NCBI GenBank assembly: GCA_002269645.1 | Contig: NIVC01000441.1 | Span: 1-64,000, forward strand | DNA length: 64,000 bases | Source: Macrostomum lignano | Taxonomy: Eukaryota | Direction of reading: 5' to 3' | In this document: in pieces, positions 1 through 31,089 of the stretch | Layout of the letters: every line of letters begins with the position of its first letter | Numbering within the stretch: the first letter of the stretch is position 1 | Notes under the pieces: model-generated | What the model was told of the DNA's origin: nothing | Databases searched by the model: none | What the model saw: the letters and a program-made list of their open reading frames with translations, nothing else | Position numbers and translations under genes: made by a program

Positions 1-382
1 GCAACAATTAGGCACCCCGCTGCTTCCCCCCTGGGCGGGCTGAAGCGGCACTTCTTCTGCTTCTTCTAAAGAGAAAGGAAGCGGGCAAAAAACTTAAAGC
101 AGCTTTGGGAGGATAGATTCTCGAGATTGAGCGATGGAGACTCAGCCTATTTTAAGCCTGAGCTGATCGTCTTCTAAGTTGCAGCAGAGCCAAGCAGACT
201 TTCTAGGTGGTATAAAATATATCAAATATGACAAAGATGGAGAGAAGGGGCGGATGCCAACCTGAGAATTCAGTGCAGCTTAGCGGAACTTCGAAGCGTT
301 TTGCTGCATCTGCGACAAGGCAAACGAAAATTCACTTCTACTGCTCCACACTTAGGGGTGGTGTTCGGTAGGGTGGGAATTA

Positions 383-810
383 GTCATTCAATAAGAATCG
401 GTCATTCAGAATCGGTCATTCAAGAAATCGGTCATTCAAGAATCGTCATTCAAGAAATCGGTCATTCAAGAAATCGGTCATTCAAGAAATCGTCATTCAA
501 GAAATCGGTCATTCAAGAAATCGGTCATTCAAGAATCGGTCATTCAAGAAATCGGTCATTTAAGAAATCGGTCATTCATGAAATCGGTCATTCAAGAAAT
601 CGTCATTCAAGAATCGCGTCATTCAAGAAATCGGTCATTCAAGAAATTGGTCATTCAAGAATCGGTCATTTCAAGAATCGGTCATTCAAGAAATTGTCAT
701 TCAAGAATCGATCATTCAAGAAATCGATCATTCAAGAAATCGTCATTCAAGAAATTGGTCATTCAAGAAATCGTCATTCAAGAAATTGGTCATTCAAGAA
801 ATCGGTCATT
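383..810. repeat. Minisatellite, ~15-16 bp unit AAGAAATCGGTCATTC, irregular
   Basis: Direct tandem repetition; abuts the stop codon of the WS/DGAT-like gene at 813-815. Confidence 0.95.
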
Positions 811-812
811 AA

Positions 813-3219
813 TCAGGCTACCAAGTCACAGACCTGAGCCCGCATGCAGCGGATGAGCAGGCGCGGACACCGGACAGACTGGCTAGCCGACAGGCAGACG
901 GATAGGCTGTCCGAATAAGAATAGAATGTCACGGACAGCCGGACGGGCTCGGACGCGGGGAACCAGAAGCAGACGCCGTCAACCGGACAGCCGTCCAGCC
1001 ACAGCGGGCCGGCCGCCGCGGCAGGCACAGCGCCAAGCAGCTGGCCCTGTCCGTGTGCAGCCGGACAGCCGGCTGGCCAAGCCGGCCGGCAGAGCGCAGA
1101 ACATCAGCGAGTCCACCAGGCGGACAGCGCGAAACCGGGCCTCGGCTTCGGAGTTCGGCGAGGCGAGCCCGAAGCTGCCAGAGCTGCGGCAGCATGCCTT
1201 CGACGCTGACTGGCAGCCGCACAGTGGACAGCGCGTAGCGACTGCCCAGGCGGCCGGCGGCCTCGCCACCGCCAAGGTCGACAGCCAGGGCGGCGCGGCA
1301 GTCGGGCGGGTGCGGCAGGCCCAGCAGCTGATTGTAGGAGCGCAGCGCCCCGGTCAGCAGCAGCAGGCAGGCATCATTAAGGCTGGTCCGAGTCACCTGG
1401 CGGACGCGCCACACCTGGCGGGCGTCGAGACTCGCCCGAAGCTGCGCCGGCCGCCGCCGCCTGGCCAACCTCTGCGGGCCGCCGTGCAGTGGGTTGCAGT
1501 CCGGCCGGCCCAGCAGGTAGTGCAGCAGCAGCACGATGGCGCCAGGAAGAGGCAGCGGGCCTCCTCGAGCAGGCCGGCCGCTGTGACTCCGGGCTGCTGC
1601 GCCGCCGCTGCCGAGGTTGCTGCCGAATTTGTCGCCAACGTGGACGCCACATCGTGTGCTGGCGAGTCGCAGAGAGCGCCGGACAGCAAGCGGGTCATGC
1701 TGAGGCCGTCGGCGAAGCTCGCGGTGCTGCCTGTAGACCAGCAGGGCGTCGCCCGCCGAACCGTAGGCGGCCTGGAACTGCAGCTCCAGAGCGGGCGGTC
1801 GCGCGCGAACGGCGAGCCGTCGCCGAGGCCAAGAAGGCGGACAGGTCGGCGGGCGCGCAGTCGCGGTTGGATCTCGCGGACATGATCATCTAAGCTGAAG
1901 GTGTGTCGGTTGCCCAAACTGGGCCTGCGCAGGTGTCCTGCAATCGGTAATATAGGTGGTAGAAAAGGTTTAAAAAAGTTTCTAACACACTGAAACCATC
2001 GTATTCTTTCCGCCACCCAACTCCCCCTGGAAACCGCCTCACTCCTCCTGCACAGCCACTCTCACTCCTCCTGCACAGCCACCTCACTCCTCCTGCACAG
2101 CCACCTCACTCCTCCTGCACAGCCACTCTCACTCCTCCTGCACAGCCACCTCACTCCTCCTGCACAGCCACCTCACTCCTCCTGCACAGCCACCTCACTC
2201 CTCCTGCACAGCCACCTCACTCCTCCTGCACAGCCACCTCACTCCTCCTGCACAGCCACCTCACTCCTCCTGCACAGCCACCTCACTCCTCCTGCACAGC
2301 CACCTCACTCCTCCTGCACAGCCACCTCACTCCTCCTGCACAGCCACCTCACTCCTCCTGCCAACCTCACTCCTGGCCCCCCACTCCTCCCACACAGCCA
2401 CCGCCACTCCTCCTGCACAGCCACCTCACTCCCCGTACACAGCCACCTCGCTCCCCCTGCACAGGCAACCAGCCGTCCAACAGACCTCGACACGCTGGCT
2501 AAATCTTGGATAGCGCCTCTCGCCAGATTTATCCTCGGCGCCGATCACTCGCTGGCCGACCAGCTGACGCAGCCGAGCCAGCGTCAGACCGCCGCCGGTA
2601 CTGCCGCCGTTATTTCGCACGTCCAGTCGAGCTACAACGGCTCTGGCGTCCCGGCGGAACCAGGCGAGCTCCCTGTGGCTCAGCGGAGTCTTGCCGAACG
2701 CGCCGGCAGCTAGTCGGAGGCAGGCCAGCGCAGGCAGGCCATGCAGGCCAGCGCCAGCAGCGGCAGGCAGAGGAGCGACAGACCGGCGTAGCGCAGCACC
2801 CAGCTGCAGAGCTCGGCTGCCGGGTTCTGCTCGGTGGGGTGCCGGACGCTGCACGGCTCGGACAGAGTCGGGTAGTGCAGCCCGAGCCCGCCGCCGTTCA
2901 TCAGCTCCTCTTCCTCCTCGGCGTCCTCCTCGTCGTCAATTTCTTCGTCGGCTTCGTCCTCCTCGGCGACGTAGGTCTCCAAGTCATCCTCGCCGAGCTC
3001 TGCAGGATCTGTTGTCTCCGCCGCCACCGCCGCCGCTGCCGCCGCCGTCTCGCCGTCCAGCTGGTCAACTTCGTCAACGAATTCTTGTTGAAGACGGCGA
3101 TGTTGATAAGGAGCTCCTCCTCCACCGGCGCCGTTGATCCGCTCCGGCTCTGTCCACAATGGTTTTGTCGCGTCGACAGTCGAATCCGACGCCGATGCGG
3201 CCGACGCTAGACGGGACAT
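813..3219 (-). CDS. WS/DGAT (wax ester synthase / diacylglycerol O-acyltransferase)-like protein, 2 exons (3219-2486, 1937-813), with ~8 apparent frameshifts (assembly errors or young pseudogene)
   Basis: Stitching frames by eye gives: acidic N-terminus, hydrophobic segment (WVLRYAGLSLLCLPLLALACM), then LARLRQLVGQRV...YPRFSQRVE | DTCAGPVWATDxTFSLDDHVREI...RDRPLWELQF...LLVYRQHxSFADGLSMTRLL...LLGRPDCNPLHGG...RQVTRTSLNDACLLLLTGALRSY...GPLWLDGCPVDGVCFWFP...LSVTFYSYSDSL. These match recalled WS/DGAT landmarks (PRF, W..D..F.LD.HV, RPLWE, HxxxxDG, NDxxL...GALRxY, C-terminal GP...W.P...T..SY). Phase-0 intron GAG|GTCTGT (2485) to TTGCAG|GAC (1938). ATG at 3219-3217, TGA at 815-813. Family call is from motif recognition, not a database search. 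Confidence 0.8.
2037..2460. repeat. Minisatellite, 22 bp unit CTCACTCCTCCTGCACAGCCAC, filling most of the WS/DGAT-like intron
   Basis: About 18 tandem copies that degenerate toward 2460. Confidence 0.95.
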
Positions 3220-4199
3220 CCGACTCGGCCGCCGCCGCGGTGCCTGTCGAGCTGCCCGTCAGCGTCGGGCATCGACAGTAGAGAGACGAGAAGAAGGCAG
3301 ATTGGCGCCGGCAACCCAAGGCCGATCGGCTGAACTTTGTTGAATCTGAGCTGGCTGGGAGATTCCGGGACTTGGAGAGAGCGAAATCTTGCCTTGCCTC
3401 TACGCTCGTAGTTGAATTGGGATAAAACGCGTTTCTTTTGCTGGGGAGTTTGCTAGGAAGCGAAGGAGGATGAGGAAGCAGCGGGCCGAAGGGAAAAGTG
3501 TGTCGGAGCTGGGGAGATGCTGGGAGATGAAGCAGAGGATGAGGAGACGAAGGGGAAGAGAAGACGCTGGGATATCTGGGAGAAATGATGCGCGCGTAGG
3601 GCGGAGAGGAAACGGCTGGGGTCGCCGGGGGGGGGGGTCGGTTGATGCAGAGCCAGGCAGAGAGAGAGGCGGGGGTGGCTGGTGTACGAAAAACACAAGT
3701 CGAGCTTAGGACTGCGGGGGAGGGCGGGGAGGTCGTGAGGGAGGGCTGGGGTAGCGCCAGGGGGTCAATTTGCATGTCGCATCCCCACGGCTCCCTGTTC
3801 CACCGCATGGCAAGCGGGAGGCACACACGCAGGGGCAGTCCCCTCTTCCTCCCTCACCTCATCCTCCAGTTCCGCATCAACTGGAGAAACCAATGGGTGC
3901 GCATGGAGGGCTGGAGGTCCCTGCCTGGCTGGGTGGGGAGGGGTATGGCGTGATCTGTGCGGGCTACGGTCTTGGTTGTGTATCCGTTATACGCCACTCA
4001 CTAGCCACTCCATGGGATCCACAGGCTGCGCCTCCGTTAGCTGCCTATGTTGCTTGCTCTGCAACTCAATCTCGCTCACTTGGGCATTCTGTCAGTCAGT
4101 CAGCTGCCACCCCACATAAAATTGCAGCGCGTGGCGCATTTGATCGGCTTGTCTGGCTTTAGGAACTATAGCTGGACTGCGTTAATTCTAATCACTCGT

Positions 4200-4650
4200 A
4201 GGCTAGCAATCCATCATCCTTGTTGAGTAGGTTAAGAAATCATCAAACTCGTTGGCTAGATTAGCAATCCATCAAACTCGTTGGCTAGATTAGCAATCCA
4301 TCATTCCAGTTGGCTAGATTAGCAATCCATCATTCCAGTTGGCTAGATTAGCAATCCATCATAGATGTAGGCTAGATTAGCTATCTATTCTAATCCATCA
4401 TCCTAGTTGACTAGTTTAGCAATCCATCATAGATGTAGGCTAGTTTAGCAATCCATCATAGATGTAGGCTAGATTAGCTATCTATTCTAATCCATCATCC
4501 TAGTTGACTAGATTAGCAATCCATCATAGATGTAGGCTAGATTAGCAATCCATCATAGATGTAGGCTAGATTAGCTATCTATTCTAATCCATCATCCTAG
4601 TTGACTAGATTAGCAATCCATCGTATATGTAGGCTAGTTTAGCAATCCAT
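4200..4650 (+). repeat. Minisatellite of the GTTGGNTAGATTAGCAATCC core family, variable unit length
   Basis: Repeated GGCTAGATTAGCAATCCATCA with variable linkers. Confidence 0.9.
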
Positions 4651-5569
4651 TCCAACCAATTAAACATGCTCTAGTTCCCTCTTCAATTAGGAAATATTGC
4701 ATGTGAAGGACAGTTAAAATCAAAATTGGAAATTTCACCCGGAACTTTGCTTGCCTGCCGGTTTCTGATGGCATTTCATAGAAAAATTGTTTAGTAAAAT
4801 TGTGAGGGTGGGATATTAGGAATTCAGGGCTAAGAAACAGAAAATTCATAATCTCGGCAGTGCATTTTGCAGCAGAAAACCACCCCAGCGCAATCTGCAC
4901 GGCTTGCGAGTGTAGTGATCTTCTGCTTCTGCGAAATTTTTTTTATATTGCATATACGAGTATTGTATTTTTATTGCAGCTTTACTGCGTACTGCAAATT
5001 TAAATACATTTGCCCCAACGATACTACTATCTGCAGAAAGTAGAGTAGTGTGATTTTAGCTAGTAATATTTTTTCAAGCTTTCAAATTCGGTTTTTCGAA
5101 AAAAAATCAACCGATTTTGTCGAGACACGGTTCGCCAAATACCGTTGACCTCGGTTACTATAGCAACGGCTGTTTATTTTGCCAGACAACGACAATGGGC
5201 ATGTTAACAATCTGTATTTAAATAATCAGATTGCTTGCAGTTCGTGTTCCAATTCTACAAAAAAGCACGGCAGCAAATGAGTGCTATCAGGTTCTGTTTC
5301 CAGATTCAAATTTGCACAGCTTCATCTAGTTGTCTTGAGTTTGAACACCTGAGAACAGCTCCGTGCCGATCACACGGTCCATCGACGGTCTGAAATCTAT
5401 TGACAGTTTTAACACTATGCGATTGAGCCTGGTGTGGGTTTTTCTTAGAAAAAAACTGACAAATTGTCAGTGGCTTGCGAGTATCTTATTTCAAGGTTCG
5501 ATCTTGAGTTGTCTGATTAGGCTGCAGAGAAGTTTTTTACTCGCAGTTTGAAAACCTGTGTGCCATCTC

Positions 5570-6470
5570 TGGAGGTTGCTGATGGGACTGTGGGGGTCAC
5601 TGGAGGTTGCTGATGGGACTGTGGGGGTCACTGGTGGTTGCTGATGGGACTGTGGGTCAATTGTGGTTGCTGATGGACTGTGGGGTCAATTGTGGTTGCT
5701 GATGGGACTGTGGGGTCACGAGTGGTTGCTGAGAGGACTGTGGGGTCACTGGTGGTTGATGAGAGGATTGTGGGGTCACGGGTGGTTGCTGAGAGGACTG
5801 TGGGGTCACGAGTGGTTGCTGAGAGGACTGTGGGGTCACTGGTGGTTGCTGAGAGGACTGTGGGGTCACGGGTGGTTGCTGAGAGGACTGTGGGGTCACG
5901 AGTGGTTGCTGAGAGGACTGTGGGGTCACGAGTGGTTGCTGAGGGGACTGTGGGGTCACGAGTGGTTGCTGAGAGGGCTGTGGGGTCACGGGTGGTTGCT
6001 GAGGGGACTGTGGGGTCACGAGTGGTTGCTGAGGGGACTGTGGGGTCACTGGTGGTTGATGAGAGGATTGTGGGTCACGAGTGGTTGCTGAGAGGACTGT
6101 GGGGTCACGAGTGGTTGCTGAGAGGACTGTGGGGTCACTGGTGGTTGATGAGAGGATTGTGGGGTCACGGGTGGTTGCTGAGAGGACTGTGGGGTCACGA
6201 GTGGTTGCTGAGAGGACTGTGGGGTCACGAGTGGTTGCTGAGGGGACTGTGGGGTCACGAGTGGTTGCTGAGAGGGCTGTGGGTCACGAGTGGTTGCTGA
6301 GAGGACTGTGGGGTCACTGGTGGTTGATGAGAGGATTGTGGGGTCACGGGTGGTTGCTGAGAGGACTGTGGGGTCACGAGTGGTTGCTGAGGGGACTGTG
6401 GGTCACTGGTGGTTGATGAGAGGATTGTGGGTCACGGGTGGTTGCTGAGGGGACTGAGGGGTCACTGGTG
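5570..6470. repeat. Minisatellite, 30 bp unit GGGGTCACGAGTGGTTGCTGAGAGGACTGT
   Basis: About 30 copies; accounts for the TPQSSQQP and VVAERTVG pseudo-ORFs. Confidence 0.95.
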
Positions 6471-6485
6471 TGGGCTGAGGAGGTT

Positions 6486-6604
6486 CCTGGTCTCTCCTGG
6501 TCTCTCCTGGTCTCTCCTGGTCTCTCCTGGTCTCTCCTGGTCTCTCCTGGTCTCTCCTGGTCTCTCCTGGTCTCTCCTGGTCTCTCCTGGTCTCTCCTGG
6601 TCTC
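6486..6604. repeat. Decamer repeat (CCTGGTCTCT)n
   Basis: About 12 perfect copies. Confidence 0.95.
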
Positions 6605-7096
6605 AGGCAGTGCGATGAGTGTCTGGATGCAGATTTTCCGCAATGAGGCTCAGAAATAATTATGGCTGATAGAAGTGCAAACTGCTCCTGCAGAGCAACG
6701 CTGCACACTGACAAAAGAATTTATACAGATATTGCTAAATTTACGAGCGTATATTGGTAAATTCAATTATCACATTTCGCTTCACGCCTCAGCTCGCTGT
6801 CCTCTGACGGTGTCGCGAATGTTTATTCCGGTCTGCAATCCCGAAAAAATCCCATCGCAGTGGCCATTTCGTTGATGAATTAGTAACGCGAATAAGGGCT
6901 GGCAGTCAATCACTATTTCTAGGAATTCTGGCATTGCAATCGGCCTCTATAGCGGATTGAGCCTCAATTGAAAAGGCTGAGTCCGTTCTAATCTGTGAGG
7001 GATTAGGTGGTTCATTTTTGCGAACTCCTAGCAGATTATTTCGGAGGGATTCGGAATACTGGAGCGCTGGCACTTCGGCAGTGTAGGTGAAATCAG

Positions 7097-8255
7097 GGTG
7101 GGTAGATCTCGGGTGAGACTGTGGGTAGATCTCAGGTGAGATTGTGGGTAGATCTCGGGTGAGACTGTGGGTAGATCTCAGGTGAGATTGTGGGTAGATC
7201 TCGGGTGAGACTGTTGGTAGATCTCAGGTGAGATTGTGGGTAGATCTCGGGTGAGACTGTGGGTAGATCTCAGGTGAGATTGTGGGTAGATCTCGGGTGA
7301 GACTGTGGGTAGATCTCAGGTGAGATTGTGGGTAGATCTCGGGTGAGACTGTGGGTAGATCTCGGTAGAGATTACGGGTAGATCTCGGGTGAGACTGTGG
7401 GTAGATCTCGGGTGAGATTGTGGGTAGATCTCGGGTGAGACTGTGGGTAGATCTCAGGTGAGATTGTGGGTAGATCTCGGGTGAGAGTGTGGGTAGATCT
7501 CGGGTGAGAGTGTGGGTAGATCTCGGTAGAGATTACGGGTAGATCTCGGGTGAGAGTGTGGGTAGATCTCGGGTGAGAGTGTGGGTAGATCTCGGGTGAG
7601 AGTGTGGGTAGATCTCGGGTGAGAGTGGGTAGATCTCGGTAGAGATTACGGGTAGATCTCGGGTGAGAGTGTGGGTAGATCTCGGGTGAGATTGTGGGTA
7701 GATCTCGGTAGAGGTTGCGGGTAGATCTCGGGTGAGAGTGTGGGTAGATCTCGGGTGAGAGTGTGGGTAGATCTCGGGTGAGAGTGTGGGTAGATCTCGG
7801 GTGAGAGTGTGGGTAGATCTCGGGTAAGAGTGTGGGTAGATCTCGGTGAGAGTGTGGGTAGATCTCGGGTGAGAGTGTGGGTAGATCTCGGGTGAGAGTG
7901 TGGGTAGATCTCGGGTGAGAGTGTGGGTAGATCTCGGGTGAGAGTGTGGGTAGATCTCGGTAGAGATTACGGGTAGATCTCGGGTGAGACTGTGGGTAGA
8001 TCTCGGGTGAGATTGTGGGTGGGATCGCAGGTGAGATTGTGGGTGAGATCGCAGGTGAGAGTTTGGGTGAGATCTCAGGTGTGAGTGTGGGTGAGATCGC
8101 AGGTGAGAGTGTGAGTGAGATCTCAGGTGAGAGTGTGGGTGAGATCTCAGGTGAGAGTGTGGGTGAGATCGCAGGTGAGAGTGTGGGTGAGATCTCAGGT
8201 GAGAGTGTGGGTGAGATCTCAGGTGAGAGTGTGCGTAGATCTCAGGTGTGAGTGT
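7097..8255. repeat. Minisatellite, 23-24 bp unit GTGGGTAGATCTCGGGTGAGAGT, upstream of the GPCR
   Basis: About 50 copies; unit variant shifts to GTGGGTGAGATCGCAGGTGAGAGT near 8020. Confidence 0.95.
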
Positions 8256-8492
8256 GGGTGAGATAGGCTAGTTCCATAAAGACCATTAAGAAAATCCCAC
8301 AGCAAAGAGGGAAGGACCCGGAAGCGATGTCTTTCAATGGACCGCGCAATTCCACGCGAATCTGATTGGCCGACGCAGATAAGGCGGGTTCCAATAAGCA
8401 TTGCAGCTACAAAACTGACAATCTGTTCTCGCTGCTTGACTCTCAGCCCACATCGCTCCCGATTCTAGCTTACCGAGCAGTCACTGAAGCAT

Positions 8493-27796
<19,304 letters not shown>

Positions 27797-27884
27797 TGAC
27801 TGCCGTTTTTCCGCTCGGTTCTGCTTCGCAAGTTGTGGCCATAAATTGCAGGCTCCAAACTTTGGATATCCGTTTTCTAATATT

Positions 27885-28310
27885 CCTTTTTACGTTCTAT
27901 TTGATAAAAACTGCAACCAATTTGGCCACGGCTCAGCCTGACGCGGCCGCAGCAATTTTCCATAGACAGCCACCGCTGGCGGCAACCAATTTGGTAAAAA
28001 CTCTGGTCTGGGAATGGTTGATCCAGCGCAGGCACTTGAGAGGCGTGATGCCAAGCTGCCAAGCTCTCCCCAGTCGTCGCCACTCCTGTACGCTCTCACG
28101 ATTCGCTCTCGATCCAGCTGACTTATCATTTGGTACGGCCCACGATTCGCAATCAGAGCAGCTGCTATCTTCAAGCTGGCAAAATAGCTCGCAGTTTTTA
28201 CCAGATTGGTTGCCGCTGGCGGTGGCTGTCTATGGAAAATTCTATGTCTATGGTCAGGCTGAGCCGTGGCCAAATTGGTTGCAGTTTTTATCAAATAGAA
28301 CGTAAAAAGG
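27885..28310. mobile_element. Foldback/MITE-like element with ~118 bp terminal inverted arms
   Basis: Left arm 27885-28002 (CCTTTTTACGTTCTATTTGATAAAAACTGCAACCAATTTGGCCACGGCTCAGCCTGAC...GGTAAAAACT) is the reverse complement of 28193-28310, apart from a ~12-nt central mismatch block and a few substitutions; 190-bp spacer. No clean TSD. Confidence 0.8.
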
Positions 28311-30129
28311 TATAGCACGACCAAAGCTATTTAATCTCCCTTGGCCTACACGTCATAACTGTTGGTGGTATTGGCCATAGACAAAACCTCCAAACTCTCT
28401 ACCAATAAATTTCTTGTGGATAGCAAATTTATCCAAAAAAAACTCTAAAGTGCTGCCCAAACGACAATAGCGTCCTTCACTATGGGGGTGGCCCATCTAG
28501 TGGTAGCCAGAGCTATTGTCAGAGGCAAAAACCTAAAACAAAATAAAGTACATGCGTCACATTTTTAAGCGCTTTTTAAACCCACATTTTGCGAGAACTG
28601 GAATTTCGTCACGAATGAGTATTTTTCGATTTTATATACTACTCTAAATCAGCGAGTAGTATCAGTAGAGAGTAAGTTCAACTTAATTGCACAGTATCCT
28701 TTTTTAAACACTTTTTACTGTGCACTGAGACAGATATAAACTTTTTTGTTGACTTTTAATTTCACTGGAAAAACTTATTCAAACAAAAAACAATCATATA
28801 CCTATGCTAAATACATATATATTGCGTCATTCGATCTTATATCTATATCCGACCAAATGCTTAAACTGTGTACTTATTTTTTTCGTTTGTGCAGAGCAAA
28901 TTACTCGAATGCTTTTCATTTTGCTGTCCATCTCTTCTCTTTGCGTCTATATTTCTTGGAAAACACTATACTATGTAAATTTCTGATTGGTAAAATGAAT
29001 TACTCAACATATCGGCGAACTAATTGTTTATATTTTAAAAGGCAAAAATATAGAGTGCCTTTTTAAACTAAATTATTAATCCCTCCGCTAATTTGATGAT
29101 AGAAATTAAGCGATCTTACGTCACTTTATACTTTGTACTATTATACGTTGTATCAATATACTTTATAATTGTACTTTATATTGTACTTTTAACTTTGTTC
29201 TATATAATTTGTCATTTATAAGTTGTACTTTTTAATTTGTACTTTAAACTTTACGCTTAATACTTGTGACTGTTCGTCAACATTTCAGTTATCAATTTTT
29301 TTGTGTTCACTTGACGCGCTTTCATTTTTTGTGCCGGCTATATCTCTATAGAAAAATACGAGTACTAGCTATCCAGTCTGTAAGCTTCACTTGTTAATCC
29401 CGGGGCGACTCGTCACAATTGATTACTTTGTTGTGCGACTTTTATTGTCTGTCATCAATCAAACATTCTAAAGTTCAAAATTCTGTCACAATGATAAATT
29501 AGTTTATCGAGACTCCTGTGTGATTATTCTCTGTTATTACTTTTGTTGGCCCTCTGCAACCTGTCGCTGATTGAACTCAATAGCAACTTCTAGATTTTTC
29601 TTTTAATAGTATCCCTCTTTTGTTTATGTTCCTGCCTGTGTCATTCTCTTTGAATAAACATATTTCTCTGATTATTCCTAATCTCTAATATCCTCCATCT
29701 CAGTCCTCTCGGTTTCTGGTTCCCCACTCCTGTTCCTATTGACACCTGTCAATCCATACGTATAAAATTGCAGTTTCGTTAGTGCACTTTACTCTAATTA
29801 ATACCTGTAGAAGCGTACGATAAAATAGATAAAAAGGAGAAATTCCTCAAATTATCAACAACCAACTCAGTGAAACATTATTCTTCGAAGGATACGTGCG
29901 AAAATTTGAACTTTTGGTTTGAGTTTTACTTTCATTTTTTAGTTTATATTCAAAGTACATATAAGCTAGTACAATATTACAGCTTTAATCTGAATGGGAC
30001 ACAAGCATAAAGGGCTGAAGTGGTGTTTTAAATTACTTCTGAAGCTTGAAAATAATATATGCAAAGTTTTAATTAGTGAAGTATTATAACAAACTGCGCT
30101 GCTTCAAATTCAAATGAAATCAAATCAAA

Positions 30130-30850
30130 TGACCCAGTTCGATAATGACCCAATTCTCTAATGACTCAGTTCGATAATGACCCAATTCTCTAATGACCCA
30201 GTTCGATAATGACCCAATTCTCTAATGACCCAGTTCGATAATGACCCAATTCTCTAATGACCCAGTTCGATAATGACCCAATTCTCTAATGACCCAGTTC
30301 GATAATGACCCAATTCTCTAATGACTCAGTTCGATAATGACCCAATTCTCTAATGACCCAGTTCGATAATGACCCAATTCTCTAATGACCCAATTCTCTA
30401 ATGACCCTGTTCGATATGACCCAATTCTCTAATGACCCAATTCTCTAATGACCCTGTTCGATATGACCCAATTCTCTAATGACCCAATTCTCTAATGACC
30501 CTGTTCGATAATGACCCAATTCTCTAATGACCCAGTTCGATAATGACCCAAATCTCTAATGACCCAATTTCGATAATGACCCAATTCTCTAATGACCCAA
30601 TTCTCTAATGACCCTGTTCGATATGACCCAATTCTCTAATGACCCAATTCTCTAATGACCCTGTTCGATATGACCCAATTCTCTAATGACCCAATTCTCT
30701 AATGACCCTGTTCGATATGACCCAATTCGATGTTGACCCAATACTCTAATGACCCAAAACTCTAATGACCCCATACTCTAATGACCCAATATGCTAATGA
30801 CCTCATACTCTAATGACCCCATACTCTAATGACCCCATTAGTCTAATGAC
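30130..30850. repeat. 32 bp minisatellite AATGACCCAATTCTCTAATGACCCAGTTCGAT (two 16-bp subunits)
   Basis: Direct; decays toward 30850. Confidence 0.95.
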
Positions 30851-31089
30851 CGTATAATTTTATCAGTTTACTCCATAATTAGCTTGAGTAGCCATGGAAA
30901 TTTGATCCGCTAATTGTTGACCCAATATACCATAAATGATATTATCAATCTAACGATGTGATCTAATCACATGGTTATATGATCATAATGACACAAAGAT
31001 CTAGTGACCCTAAAATGAACACATGACCGTACGATCATATATGCCTTTATCAACTCATCTCATGAATCTACAAGCGCATAAGTTGTAAG

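Noticed and set aside
926-1885. 319-aa plus-strand ORF and other GC-rich ORFs in 900-3300
   Set aside because: Antisense or off-frame shadows of the minus-strand WS/DGAT-like gene.
4200-4650. CRISPR-like appearance (conserved repeat with variable linkers)
   Set aside because: Linkers are short, related and recurrent, the context is eukaryotic, and there are no cas genes.
28746-29066. 106-aa AT-rich ORF
   Set aside because: Low-GC, TTG-started and with non-coding composition, unlike the real exons in this window.
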